This document shows, piece after piece, positions 1 through 13,100 of a stretch of DNA of 64,000 nucleotides. The stretch covers positions 124,001-188,000 of the forward strand of contig NIVC01001762.1 of the NCBI GenBank assembly GCA_002269645.1, in the 5' to 3' direction. Position 1 is the first letter of the stretch; each line of letters opens with the position of its first letter. The notes below the pieces were generated by a model that worked only from the letters and a program-made list of their open reading frames with translations, had not been told where the DNA came from and ran no database searches. The DNA comes from Macrostomum lignano. Taxonomy: Eukaryota. The position numbers and the translations under genes are program-made.

Positions 1-860
1 GTGATGAAGTGTTGCAGTGTTGCAGTGATGCAGTGATGCAGTGTTGCAGTGTTGCAGTGTTGCAGTGTTGCAGTGTTGCAGTGTTGCAGTGTTGCAGTGT
101 TGCAGTGATGAAGCATTGCTGTGTTGCAGTGTTGCAGTGATGCAGTGTTGCAGTGATGCAGTGATGCAGTGTTGCAGTGTTGCAGTGTTGCAGTGTTGCA
201 GTGTTGCAGTGATGCAGTGTTGCAGTGTTGCAGTGTTGCAGTGATGCAGTGATGCAGTGTTGCAGTGTTGCAGTGTTGCAGTGTTGCAGTGATGAAGCAT
301 TGCAGTGATGCAGTGATGAAGTGTTGCAGTGATGCAGTGTTGCAGTGGTTCAGTGATGCAGTGATGCAGTGTTGCAGTGTTGCAGTGTTGCAGTGATGAA
401 GCATTGCTGTGTTGCAGTGTTGCAGTGATGCAGTGTTGCAGTGTTGCAGTGATGCAGTGTTGCAGTGTTGCAGTGATGCAGTGTTGCAGTGTTGCAGTGT
501 TGCAGTGATGCAGTGATGCAGTGTTGCAGTGATGCAGTGATGAAGTGTTGCAGTGATGCAGTGTTGCAGTGGTGCAGTGATGCAGTGATGCAGTGTTGCA
601 GTGTTGCAGTGTTGCAGTGTTGCAGTATTGAGGTGTTGCAGTGTTGCAGTGATGCAGTCTTGCAGTGTTGCAGTGTTGCAGTGATGCAGTCTTGCAGTGT
701 TGCAGTGTTGCAGTGATGCAGTATTGCAGTGTTGCAGTGTTGCAGTGATGCAGTCTTGCAGTGTTGCAGTGTTGCAGTGATGCAGTCTTGCAGTGTTGCA
801 GTGTTGCAGTGATGCAGTATTGAGGTGTTGCAGTGTTGCAGTGATGCAGTATTGAGGTAT
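1..860. repeat. 8-bp-unit satellite (TGCAGTGT/TGCAGTGA), runs off window start
   Basis: Continuous degenerate tgcagtg(t/a) units; the LQCCSVAV ORFs are its translation. Confidence 0.95.
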
Positions 861-1395
861 TTTAGTGTTTGCCAGCTCATCGCAGCCCTTTTGCTACTGA
901 GATTCTCACGACAGATTAAGCCGAGTAGCTGGAGCGGCTCATCAAAGAGCGGCTCTGATCTGAGGGTTTCCGTTGCCATGGTTTCTGCTGCATATTTTCT
1001 CAATGTTTAGAACAGCAAACAAATCAGGGCCTTTGAAATTGCCAACGATTTGATTGTAAAACAGAATTTTTTCGCTTCTATAGCTTAATCAGAATTAATG
1101 CTCCTAAAGGGCCCTTTGTTTGCCTGATTTGCTGATGCTTCAAGTGATAGCACCATCCTTGTTCTGTCCGCTTCTCACTACCTGCCAAATAAACCTGCGG
1201 CGAAGTCTGTAGCTCGCTCAGCTTTGATAATTGCGATAAATATCGCCAATATGCAGCCTGACTATCGATCAGAAAATTCTGCACACTTTTTTTTAATTTG
1301 CATCATACAGTATTCTAGCTCAAATTTTCTACTTGTTAGTAGGAGATCGCGCATGTTCGGTTGGGTTAAAATAGTTTTAGTGCTAAAGGGTGTAA

Positions 1396-2059
1396 ACAGC
1401 GGAAGCGACAGCGGAAGCGACAGCGGAAGCGACAGCGGAAGCGACAGCGGAAGCGACAGCGGAAGCGACAGCGGAAGCGACAGCGGAAGCGACAGCGGAA
1501 GCGACAGCGGAAGCGACAGCGGAAGCGACAGCGGAAGCGACAGCGGAAGCGACAGCGGAAGCGACAGCGGAAGCGACAGCGGAAGCGACAGCGGAAGCGA
1601 CAGCGGAAGCGACAGCGGAAGCGACAGCGGAAGCGACAGCGGAAGCGACAGCGGAAGCGACAGCGGAAGCGACAGCGGAAGCGACAGCGGAAGCGACAGC
1701 GGAAGCGACAGCGGAAGCGACAGCGGAAGCGACAGCGGAAGCGACAGCGGAAGCGACAGCGGAAGCGACAGCGGAAGCGACAGCGGAAGCGACAGCGGAA
1801 GCGACAGCGGAAGCGACAGCGGAAGCGACAGCGGAAGCGACAGCGGAAGCGACAGCGGAAGCGACAGCGGAAGCGACAGCGGAAGCGACAGCGGAAGCGA
1901 CAGCGGAAGCGACAGCGGAAGCGACAGCGGAAGCGACAGCGGAAGCGACAGCGGAAGCGACAGCGGAAGCGACAGCGGAAGCGACAGCGGAAGCGACAGC
2001 GGAAGCGACAGCGGAAGCGACAGCGGAAGCGACAGCGGAAGCGACAGCGGAAGCGACAG
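1396..2059. repeat. Perfect 12-bp tandem repeat (ACAGCGGAAGCG)x~55
   Basis: No variant units seen by eye across ~660 bp; gives the SDSG/CRFR/ASAV ORFs. Confidence 0.97.
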
Positions 2060-3321
2060 AAGTGAAAGAAAATTCCAAGCATTGATTTGTCAACGTGGTC
2101 GGTTTTATAGATAATTTATTTGACTTTTTGTAAAGATCTGAGACAAACAATGTCTGTGTAGCATTGCCCCACATTTGAAAGATGTAAAAAGCACGAGTTG
2201 AAATCGATAAAAGTTGGCTTTCTGGTAGAGTCAGCAGAACCGATGTCGTGAGGCTTCAGAAGCTAGCTGTTTAATGGGCCGTGGCAGCGATGAACTGAAA
2301 AGCGCGGGCGCCAGTCTGGATCAAATATTTTTATGATTCCTTTCAAAGCCAATTAGTAAAAAACTGCTGCCGACTGAAAGCAGATCAATTATTGTTGAAA
2401 CAAACAACCAGCTTAAACTGAACGCGACAAGGGCACGAACTGCGTGCTGGAACAACCCGGCCCCCCCCCCAAATGCAGCTCCATCCCGCTCCAGCGCACC
2501 TGTCAGTCGTGTGTTCCCAGAATCCCTATACCTTCTCCTCAGCCTCCCCGAATCTCACACGAGTCCCCGAGCTCGAGCCCCGGCTCATGCACTGTGGGAA
2601 ATCGCAGACTTCTGAAAACTTGTTCACCAGACCGCACTGATCCCACAGGCCGATGACAAAGGGGACATTTTCAATTGCGATCCCTGTTCGCTAATTACTG
2701 CTGTCCCAGACTGTGCAAATGAAAGTCTTAGCAAAATATCCCCAAATATCCCCATTGCCGCCGTGTGCGCGGCAGGTGCAGGCGGCGGAGGCTGAATATT
2801 CCGCTGGCCGCTCCATCAGGCGGTGAGGGGGGGCGGCCGCTGCCCCTGCTGCTTGACACGATCGCAGAGTCAATAAAACTGCAGGGAGGGTGGGGGAGGG
2901 CGGAACACGCAAGGCAAGATGTTGAACAAGGGGAGAATTCCCGGAGTCTGTGCGGCGGGCCTGACAATTTCGATTTTCTCCCAGCCTCAATATATTTCCC
3001 ACAGTTCTTCTTCGAGGCATCGCTTTCTTCTTCTTCTTCTGCTTTGCTTTTTTGCCCCTCGTGTCACTTTATGGACGGCTCGAAAAAGCAAAAGACGGTC
3101 GGGGGACATGCGACAAGAAATTGGGGAACAAGCCGCATTGTTGCACCTGTCATCATCGAGCAAAGTGGAGGCGGGGAACAGGGGAGGAGCCTGGGGGTCT
3201 GGAATGGGTTCTGTGCATGACTTTTGCAGAATTCGATTATTCGTCAAGTGCTTCGCGAATTACACGAACCGAAAACTGGAGCGGTGCGTGATGTCTGACA
3301 TGGGGGCTGACCTGCATCAAG

Positions 3322-3745
3322 GATGCAGTGCTGTGTACTGAGATGCAGTGCTGTGTACTGAGATGCAGTGCTGTGTACTGAGATGCAGTGCTGTGTACTG
3401 AGATGCAGTGCTGTGTACTGAGATGCAGTGCTGTGTACTGAGATGCAGTGCTGTGTACTGAGATGCAGTGCTGTGTACTGAGATGCAGTGCTGTGTACTG
3501 AGATGCAGTGCTGTGTACTGAGATGCAGTGCTGTGTACTGAGATGCAGTGCTGTGTACTGAGATGCAGTGCTGTGTACTGAGATGCAGTGCTGTGTACTG
3601 AGATGCAGTGCTGTGTATTGAGATGCAGTGCTGTGTACTGAGATGCAGTGTGCTTGGTACTGAGATGCAGTGCTGTGTATTGAGATGCAGTGCTGTGTAC
3701 TGAGATGCAGTGCTGTGTACTGAGATGCAGAGCTGTGTACTGAGA
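3322..3745 (+). repeat. 20-bp minisatellite (GATGCAGTGCTGTGTACTGA)x~21 in left arm of inverted repeat 1
   Basis: Direct reading of units. Confidence 0.95.
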
Positions 3746-4409
3746 TTAAACGAGACTGAGACTGTGAAATGAAACTGATTGATGCCGTATGAGGCTGTGC
3801 GATGCTGTGTGAGTCTGTCCTAGGCTGAACTCAGCTTGCTTGTCACCTTGATTCCACCTGAGCCTTTAACCCGAGCCGCAACGCTTTGAACAAATAAACA
3901 CCTGTGGTCGCACTGGGGTGTCTCATGCCGCAGGCAGGCCGTTTAGCACTGCACTGGGGCAGCCAGGGACAGAACTGTTTATGCTGTGCCCGCAACCACT
4001 TTGTGCTGCTTTTCACTTTTTTTGTTTATTTGACTTTCAATAATGTTTTTCTATCTCTTGTTTTCTTTTGCACCGGTTGTTTCAAGCTTGGAGAAATGAA
4101 GTTCAAACTTATCTCTGGGTGCTGGTTACCTATTCGACAGAACAGAGTTTTCACCCGCCTGTTTTTTCAGAATGCTGTTTGACTGTTAGTGAAGTGCTGG
4201 CTGGTAGGAAGCCGCATATTCAAGAACAGACGCTGACCTCGGGTCCTTAGCCTGCCTTATGTTAGCCTATTCAAAAGCTTTTTCGCTTTCCATGTGTTTT
4301 CATCTGGTACGGAACATGAGACACAATGGCCAGTCGTGTGGTATGATGCAAAACATTTGTCTACATGTAATGCTCCATGAGCGATTCCCATTGAGCTTTG
4401 GCATCGGCG

Positions 4410-4670
4410 ATGAGTATCGGCAGGTATCCGATCAATACCCCGTGAGCATCGGCAGGTATCCGATCAATACCCCGTGAGAGCATCGGCAGGTATCCGATCA
4501 ATACCCCGTGAGCATCGGCAGGTATCCGATCAATACCCCGTGAGCATCGGCAGGTATCCGATCAATCCCCCGTGTGAGCATCAGCAGGTATCCGATCAAT
4601 ACCCCGTGTGAGCATCGGCAGGTATTCGATCAATACCCCGTGAGCATCTGCAGGTATCCGAGCAATACCT
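4410..4670. repeat. ~32-bp minisatellite (GAGCATCGGCAGGTATCCGATCAATACCCCGT)x~8 in the spacer; each unit has an ATCGG...CCGAT inverted stem
   Basis: Direct reading; units abut with no unique spacers. Confidence 0.9.
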
Positions 4671-5959
4671 GAGCAAGGCTCTGAAGTTTGGACGGAGTTA
4701 ATGATTAGAGAAATGCAGAGGATCAGATGCTGATGAAGAGATGAATAAGACTGCAGCAGACTGAAGCTGGCAAAGCAGCCAAAAACTCCCAAGACTTGTT
4801 TGGAGTTTGCGACATCTCGACAACTCTAAAGGCAAAAATATCGGGAGCTACACTCGTACAAAAATAATCTTCCATGCGCCTCCTTTTATATTCCCGATCC
4901 CCCGTGTCAGAGACAGAATCTGCAAAAGTTTTGTGCGCCAGAAACATTGAACAGTTAAATTGCACGCGGCTGGGAGGGGGCCAAAGACCTTCCCCAGCCT
5001 GCGTGCCTCTTCCGCAGGATCAGCCGAAATGGAAGATGGAAGATGCTGAAGCTTCGAGAAAGAAAAAACCTTTGGTCCAGTCGCAGCTGCCATGCGCCGG
5101 GCGGGCGTCAGCTGCCGCTGGTTCCTCATCCAAGGGCCGTCCGGGGCGTCAAGAGAGCCGCAGCTGCCGCCTGAGGAATGCGGAATCTAAGAGGGTCATT
5201 AAGGCTCTCGTGTCCCCATCGGCCCCGCTGCCTCCTCCTCCTCCTCTGGTTGCCGAGCGGAGGCTGCCCGATAAAATCCCCCCGACCCGAGAGCCCCGGC
5301 GACAGCTGCCGCCTGAGCAGGGCCGGCAGGCACCTCCAGCCCACCGGTTTTTTCCTTCCGTGTTCAAAGGAAATCCCCCATCATCCAACACTGCAGGATT
5401 TGCTTCTGCACAAAATACCGAAGTTTAAGCGAAAGCAGAAGAAGAAGAAAAATGTCAGCTGTCGCTGCTTTTGCGACTTGGAAATTATCTTCCGGGAGGG
5501 GGTGGAAATGCAGGAAAACTATAAGCTGCACTAAACATTTGTTTCCGTGCGCCAGACTGCGGGGATTCAGTCTGCAATTTCAGCGGCTGCTGACTTTCCA
5601 CTAAATTGTTGCCCGGCAACAAGGAATTAGCGTTGCCTGTGAAGACTTTCTGAGTCAATGTGAGCACGAGTCAAAAAAAGTAATTGAAACTCAACAGGTG
5701 AATACGTTTGTAAACAGTTCTGTCCCTGGCTGCCCCAGTGCAGTGCTAAACGGCCTGCCTGCGGCATGAGACACCCCAGTGCGACCGCAGGTGTTTATTT
5801 GTTCAGCTCCGTTGCGGCTAGGGTTAAAGGCTCAGGTGGAATCAAGGTGACAAGCAAGCTGAGTTCAGCTGAGGACAGACTCACACAGCATCACACAGCC
5901 TCATACGGCATCAGTCAGTTTCATTTCACAGTCTCAGTCTCATTTAATCTCAATACTCA

Positions 5960-6731
5960 GCACTGAATCTCAATACACAGCACTGCATCTCAGTACACAG
6001 CACTGCATCTCAGTACACAGCACTGCATCTCAGTACACAGCACTGCATCTCAGTACACAGCACTGCATCTCAGTACACAGCACTGCATCTCAGTACACAG
6101 CACTGCATCTCAGTACACAGCACTGCATCTCAGTACACAGCACTGCATCTCAGTACACAGCACTGCATCTCAGTACACAGCACTGCATCTCAATACACAG
6201 CACTGCATCTCAGTACACAGCACTGCATCTCAGTACACAGCACTGCATCTCAGTACACAGCACTGCATCTCAGTACACAGCACTGCATCTCAGTACACAG
6301 CACTGCATCTCAGTACACAGCACTGCATCTCAGTACCAAGCACACTGCATCTCAATACACAGCACTGCATCTCAGTACACAGCACTGCATCTCAGTACAC
6401 AGCACTGCATCTCAGTACACAGCACTGCATCTCAGTACACAGCACTGCATCTCAGTACACAGCACTGCATCTCAATACACAGCACTGCATCTCAATACAC
6501 AGCACTGCATCTCAGTACACAGCACTGCATCTCAGTACACAGCACTGCATCTCAGTACACAGCACTGCATCTCAGTACACAGCACTGCATCTCAGTACAC
6601 AGCACTGCATCTCAGTACACAGCACTGCATCTCAGTACACAGCACTGCATCTCAGTACACAGCACTGCATCTCAGTACACAGCACTGCATCTCAGTACAC
6701 AGCACTGCATCTCAATACACAGCACTGCATC
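5960..6731 (-). repeat. Same 20-bp minisatellite, inverted, x~38 in right arm of inverted repeat 1
   Basis: (cagtacacagcactgcatct)n is the reverse complement of the 3322-3745 array. Confidence 0.95.
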
Positions 6732-7849
6732 CTTGATGCAGGTCAGCCCCCATGTCAGACATCACGCACCGCTCCAGTTTTCGGTTCGTGTAATTCCGCG
6801 AAGCACTTGACGAATAATCGAATTCTGCAAAAGTCATGCACAGAACCCATTCCAGACCCCCAGGCTCCTCCCCTGTTCCCCGCCTCCACTTTGCTAGATG
6901 ATGACAGGTGCAACAATGCGGCTTGTTCCCCAATTTCTTGTCGCATGTCCCCCGACCGTCTTTTGCTTTTTCGAGCCGTCCATAAAGTGACACGAGGGGC
7001 AAAAAAGCAAAGCAGAAGAAGAAGAAGAAGAAAGCGCTGCCTCGAAGAAGAACTGTGGGAAATATATTGAGGCTGGGAGAAAATCGAAATTGTCAGGCCC
7101 GCCGCACAGACTCCGGGAATTCTCCCCTTGTTCAACATCTTGCCTTGCGTGTTCCGCCCTCCCCACCCTCCCTGCAGTTTTATTGACTCTGCGATCGTGT
7201 CAAGCAGCAGGGGGCAGCGGCCGCCCCCCCCCTCACCGCCTGATGGAGCGGCCAGCGGAATATTCAGCTTCCGCCGTCTGCACCTGCCGCGCACACGGCG
7301 GCAATGGGGATATTTGGGGATATTTTGCTAAGACTTTCATTTGCACAGTCTGGGACAGCAGTAATTAGCGAACAGGGATCGCAATTGAAAATGTCCCCTT
7401 TGTCACCGGCCTGTGGGATCAGTGCGGTCTGGTGAACAAGGTTTCAGAAGTCTGCGATTTCCCACAGTGCATGAGCCGGGGCTCGAGCTCGGGGACTCGT
7501 GTGAGATTCGGGGAGGCTGAGGAGAAGGTATAGGGATTCTGGGAACACACGACTGACAGGTGCGCTGGAGCGGGATGGAGCTGCAGTGCACAGGGTTTTT
7601 TGTTTTTCTATTTCTGCAGTTCGTGCGTGCCCCGAGCCTTGTCAGACGCAGCTTCGGTCGTTTGGTGTCAGCTCCATCTTCCAGCAATATTTTTTCCATC
7701 TTTCAGTTGCTTTTATTGCAGACAATTTCTGCAACAGGTGCGCGGCACAGGGATGCGAGAGCGAATGTTGGAATTGAAATTCAGCGCGTCATTGTTGCCG
7801 GCTTGCCATTTTTGACACACTGGACTGTTTGAATGTTCTGTTATTCTGA

Positions 7850-8410
7850 CTTCCCCTGATTCTGTCTGACTCTCCCAGTGATTCTGACCCCCCCCTGATT
7901 CTGTCTGACTCTCCCAGTGATTCTGACTCCCCCTGATTCTGTCTGACTCTCCCAGTGATTCTGACTCCCCCTGATTCTGTCTGACTCTCCCAGTGATTCT
8001 GACTCCCCCTGATTCTGTCTGACTCTCCCAGTGATTCTGACTCCCCCTGATTCTGTCTGACTCTCCCAGTGATTCTGACTCTTCCTGATTCTGTCTGACT
8101 CTCCCAGTGATTCTGACCCCCCCCTGATTCTGTCTGACTCTCCCAGTGATTCTGACTCCCCCTGATTCTGTCTGACTCTCCCAGTGATTCTGACCCCCCC
8201 CCCTGATTCTGTCTGACTCTCCCAGTGATTCTGACTCCCCCTGATTCTGACTCTGCTAACTGTCTGACTCTTCTATCTTGTCTGACTCTTCTATCTTGTC
8301 TGACTCTTCTATCTTGTCTGACTCTTCTATCTTGTCTGACTCTTCTATCTTGTCTGACTCTCTCATCTTGTCTAACTCTCCCATCTTGTCTGACTCTCCC
8401 ATCTGTCTGA
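7850..8410. repeat. Compound minisatellite: ~38-bp unit (7850-8250) grading into related 18-bp unit TGTCTGACTCTTCTATCT (8260-8410)
   Basis: Shared tgtctgactct core in both sub-arrays. Confidence 0.9.
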
Positions 8411-8979
8411 CTCTGCACAACATTTCGCTAAGAAGGACACCCCGCAACGGCAGTCGGGCAGATTCGAACCAACGCATCCAAAATGGCAGAATCGCACCGA
8501 GCGGACAGCTAAACGGCTTTCGAGTTCCGGCCGACTCGGCCCTCCCCCCGCTGGGATTGGCGAGGCCCACATTCGTCCAGTCCGCGGTCTCGCGCGGCGG
8601 GTGGGCAGGCGAGGTCGCAGGGCTTCATTTACCGTAGCAAACAATTTTTAACCTGTCTGCTATAAAAAAGGTGCAAATGACGCAACTCCAGAAATAATAT
8701 CCTTATGCAAATATCCCATCAATTTTGGGATTCTATTAAGCCTATAGTCTTTTGTTTTGAATGAATGCTAGAAATTTGCCCACAAAATCTGCATCAAATT
8801 TGACAGGTTGGTCTGTGAACTTTCATTCGAAGTGCATGACGTGAATTCGAACGCCAATGGCGCGGAACCAGTTTGCTGCAAAAATGAAAAATTAAACCTG
8901 TGAAACTGTTCGTAAACTTGCTCGTATTAGCAAAATCTTTGATAGAATCTTTCTGGGACTTGGCCTCCGTGTTGGAAAA

Positions 8980-9610
8980 TGGGAGTGACAGTGGGGGTGA
9001 AAGCGGGAGTGATAACGTGGTGAAAGAGGGAGTGACAGTGGGGCTGAAAGAGGGAGTGACATTGGGGGTGAAAGAGGGAGTGACAGTGGGGCTGAAAGAG
9101 GGAATGACAGTGGGGCTGAAAGAGGGAATGACAGTGGGGTGAAAGAGGGAGTGACATTGGGGGTGAAAGAGGGAGTGACAGTGGGGGTGAAAGAGGGAGT
9201 GAAGGTGGGAGTAAAAAAAGGAGGTGACAGTGGGGTGAAAGAGGGGGGGGACATTGAGGGTAGATGAGGGTGAGGGTGATTGTGAGGGTGAAAGAAGGAG
9301 TGACAGTGGGGGTGAAAGAGGGAGTGACAGTGGGGTGAAAGAGGGAGTGACAGTGGGGTGAAAGAGGGAGTGACAGTGGGGGTGAAAGAGGGAGTGAAAG
9401 TGGGAGTGAAAGAGGGAGCGACATTGGGGGTGAAAGAGGGAGTGACATTGGGGGTGAAAGAAGGAGTGAAAGTGGGAGTGAAAGAGGGAGCGACATTGGG
9501 GGGTGAAAGAGGGAGTGACAGTGGGGGTGAAAGAGGGAGTGACAGTGGGGGTGAAAGAGGGAGTGACAGTGGGGGTGAAAGAGGGAGTGACAACGGGGGC
9601 AGTGACAGTG
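8980..9610. repeat. ~24-bp purine-rich minisatellite (GAAAGAGGGAGTGACAGTGGGGGT) upstream of MyoD
   Basis: Direct reading of degenerate units. Confidence 0.9.
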
Positions 9611-9904
9611 GGGAGCAATAATGAAAATGGTGACAGTATTGAAGAGGCGAGTCCGTTCAGTCACAGGATGTGCCAAGGCAGGCTGGCCGCTGTCAGTCAG
9701 TCATCATAAGATTTTGCCAATTTCGTAAAGCAAAAGACGCCAGGCAAAGAGCAGAAGGCAGTCAAGTGTAAAAATCTCCGGCAGGCGCAGCTACAGACAT
9801 TGATTTCCCAGCCTACCCGAATATCCCATTAGCCCCAACTCCCCCCCCCTCCGCCAAGGAGACAGGGGATCAAGGATCCATTTTCACCACGGGGTCCAGC
9901 AGGG

Positions 9905-10080
9905 CCCAGCAGCCAATTGCAGGCGGCCGAGCCCGACAGGCGGGCCACAGCCGGCCAATGGATCATCAACTGCAGCGCCGTCCGCCTCCCCTCTGGCCGG
10001 CTATAATGTATGGCAGCAAATGTCGCCAGCCGCCTGCAACAACTGCCCAAGCAGCTTCCTCTGAGCAGCAGCAGCTGACG
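9905..10080 (+). promoter_or_regulatory. Putative MyoD proximal promoter: CCAAT (~9913, ~9955), TATAAT (10002-10007), E-boxes CAAATG (~10017) and CAGCTG (10072)
   Basis: Motif matches in a GC-rich segment ~200 bp upstream of ATG 10199; no TSS data. Confidence 0.4.
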
Positions 10081-10198
10081 AGAGAGCGTTTCCGAGACTC
10101 CCGAGCAAAAGAAGAAAAAAAGTCAGCAGAGCCGGCCGACCGCCTGTCTCTCGCGCAGCCTCCTGTCGCCCCGCTCTGTCCCCCATCCGCGCCAAGCC

Positions 10199-13100
10199 AT
10201 GCGCGATTGTCAATCCGCCTATGCCGGCCAGGGCTATTTCCCCTGCGATCCCTCATCCTCAACAACTGTTCTCACAAACGGCTGCGCTGCCAACCAAGCA
10301 GCTGCGGCCGGCCTGTCAGCTTGTCCTCTGCAGCAGCAGCAGCAGCAGCAGCAGCATGACCCGCTCAGCTGCGGAGGAGGAGGCGGCGGCGGCGGGGTGG
10401 CAGCGGCGGCTGCGGCGGCTGCGGCAGCTGCGGCAGCTGCATCTATAAGTAGCTGCGGCCACCAGGGCAACAATGCTGCTCAGCCGCCCGGCCAGGTCGC
10501 CATCAACTCCTACCTGTACGGATCTGCAGACTACTATGGGACTTACTATGGCAGAGGCTATCAACAGGTAAGGGTGTGGGTCTTCACCTGAGAATCTACC
10601 CTCACTCACCTGAGAGCCTACCCTCTCTTCACCTGAGAGCCCACCCTCTCTTCACCTGAGAGCCCACCCTCTCTTCACCTGAGAGCCCACCCTCTCTTCA
10701 CCTGAGAGCCTACCCTCTCTTCACCTGAAAGCCTACCCTCTCTTCACCTGAAAGCCCACCCTCTCTTCACCTGAGAGCCCACCCTCTCTTCACCTGAGAG
10801 CCCACCCTCTCTTCACCTGAGAGCCCACCCTCTCTTCACCTGAGAGCCTACCCTCTCTTCACCTGAGAATCTACCCTCTCTTCACCTGAGAATCTACCCT
10901 CTCTTCACCTGAGAGCCCACCCTCTCTTCACCTGAGAATCTACCCTCTCTTCACCTGAGAGCCCACCCTCTCTTCACCTGAGAGCCCACCCTCTCTTCAC
11001 CTGAGAGCCCACCCTCTCTTCACCTGAGAATCTACCCTCTCTTCACCTGAGAGCCCACCCTCTCTTCACCTGAGAATCTACCCTCTCTTCACCTGAGAGC
11101 CTACCCTCTCTTCACCTGAGAGCCTACCCTCTCTTCACCTGAGAATCTACCCTCTCTTCACCTGAGAGCCCACCCTCTCTTCACCTGAGAATCTACCCTC
11201 TCTTCACCTGAGAGCCCACCCTCTCTTCACCTGAGAGCCTACCCTCTCTTCACCTGAGAGCCCACCCTCTCTTCACCTGAGAGCCCACCCTCTCTTCACC
11301 TGAGAGCCCACCCTCTCTTCACCTGAGAGCCTACCCTCTCTTCACCTGAAAGCCTACCCTCTCTTCACCTGAAAGCCCACCCTCTCTTCACCTGAGAGCC
11401 CACCCTGTCTTCACCTGAGAGCCCACCCTCTCTTCACCTGAGAGCCCACCCTCTCTTCACCTGAGAGCCTACCCTCTCTTCACCTGAGAATCTACCCTCT
11501 CTTCACCTGAGAATCTACCCTCTCTTCACCTGAGAGCCCACCCTCTCTTCACCTGAGAATCTACCCTCTCTTCACCTGAGAGCCCACCCTCTCTTCACCT
11601 GAGAGCCCACCCTCTCTTCACCTGAGAGCCCACCCTCTCTTCACCTGAGAGCCCACCCTCTCTTCACCTGAGAATCTACCCTCTCTTCACCTGAGAGCCC
11701 ACCCTCTCTTCACCTGAGAATCTACCCTCTCTTCACCTGAGAGCCTACCCTCTCTTCACCTGAGAATCTACCCTCTCTTCACCTGAGAATCTACCCTCTC
11801 TTCACCTGAGAGCCCACCCTCTCTTCACCTGAGAATCTACCCTCTCTTCACCTGAGAGCCCACCCTCTCTTCACCTGAGAGCCTACCCTCTCTTCACCTG
11901 AGAGCCCACCCTCTCTTCACCTGAGAGCCCACCCTCTCTTCACCTGAGAGCCCACCCTCTCTTCACCTGAGAGCCTACCCTCTCTTCACCTTAGAATCTA
12001 CCCTCACTCACCTGAGAATCTACCCTCACTCACCTGAGAATCTACCCTCTCTTCACCTGAGAATCTACCCTCACTCACCTGAGAATCTACCCTCACTCAC
12101 CTGAGAATCTACCCTCACTCACCTGAGAATCTACCCTCACTCACCTGAGAATCTACCCTCACTCACCTGAGAATCTACCCTCACTCACCTGAGAATCTAC
12201 CCTCACTCACCTGAGAATCTACCCTCACTCACCTGGGAATCTACCCTCACTCACCTGAGAATCTACCCTCACTCACCTGAGAATCTACCCTCACTCACCT
12301 GAGAATCTACCCTCACTCACCTGAGAATCTACCCTCACTCACCTGAGAATCTACCCTCACTCACCTGAGAATCTACCCTCACTCACCTGAGAATCTACCC
12401 TCACTCACCTGAGAATCTACCCTCACTCACCTGAGAATCTACCCTCACTCACCTGAGAATCTACCCTCACTCACCTGAGAATCTACCCTCACTCACCTGA
12501 GAATCTACCCTCACTCACCTGAGAATCTACTCCGCTCCCCCACAGCCGGACATGTTCTACGGCGCCCCGGCAGCCGCGGCCGCCTACGCAGGCGGATACG
12601 CAGCGGTGGGGAGCTACATGAGCCCCGCCAACTCCTATTCGAGCTCGCTCAGCTCGCTAAGCCCGAAGTTCGGCCATTCGCCCACGATCGGCGGCTCTTT
12701 GATTAACCTGCAGCAGCCTCAGCAGCAGTTGCAGCAGCATCAGGTGCAGCAGCAGCATCATCAGCACCAGAGCCAGGCGCAGCTGAACCCTCAGCATCAG
12801 CACCAGCAGCATCAGCAGCAGCTGCAGCAGCAGCCAGCTGACAGGAAGTCCGCGGACTGCATCGTCGCCACTTCAACGTCGGCAACTTCAAAGGCTGCCG
12901 CCACTGGCGCGGCCACCTCGGCTGCTCATTCAGTTGACATCGACGCGAAACCTCCACGAAAGCTCCTGCCAGCTGCTGCCGCTGCCGCTGCCGCCGCTGG
13001 CACCACTGACTCACTGGAAGTTCAGCAACAGCCTCAGCAGCATCAAAGTGAAGAGCTGCAGCATCAGACCCCGCTGCCGGTGTGTCCGAATGCCGGTCAC

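Larger units (their letters stand above)
2474..7585. mobile_element. Foldback-like long inverted repeat 1: arms 2474-3981 and 5711-7585, spacer 3982-5710
   Basis: Arms are reverse complements (e.g. ...gggacagaactgttta at 3981 vs taaacagttctgtccc at 5711; ORFs 3052-3291(+) and 6712-7002(-) share their first ~70 residues almost exactly). Each arm contains the same 20-bp minisatellite. The inverted repeat is certain; a transposon origin is not shown. Confidence 0.8.

Noticed and set aside
1224-2174. SDSG/CRFR/ASAV repeat ORFs resembling Ser-Asp adhesins
   Set aside because: Perfect 12-bp repeat open in several frames; no unique coding flanks.
4410-4670. CRISPR-like look of 32-bp partly palindromic repeats
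   Set aside because: Units abut without unique spacers; eukaryotic context with no cas genes. The same applies to the 60-bp repeat at 30590-30895.
4874-5534. ORFs in the IR1 spacer as a transposase
   Set aside because: Low-complexity Pro/Arg/Ala composition with no DDE, THAP, zinc-finger or helicase motifs.
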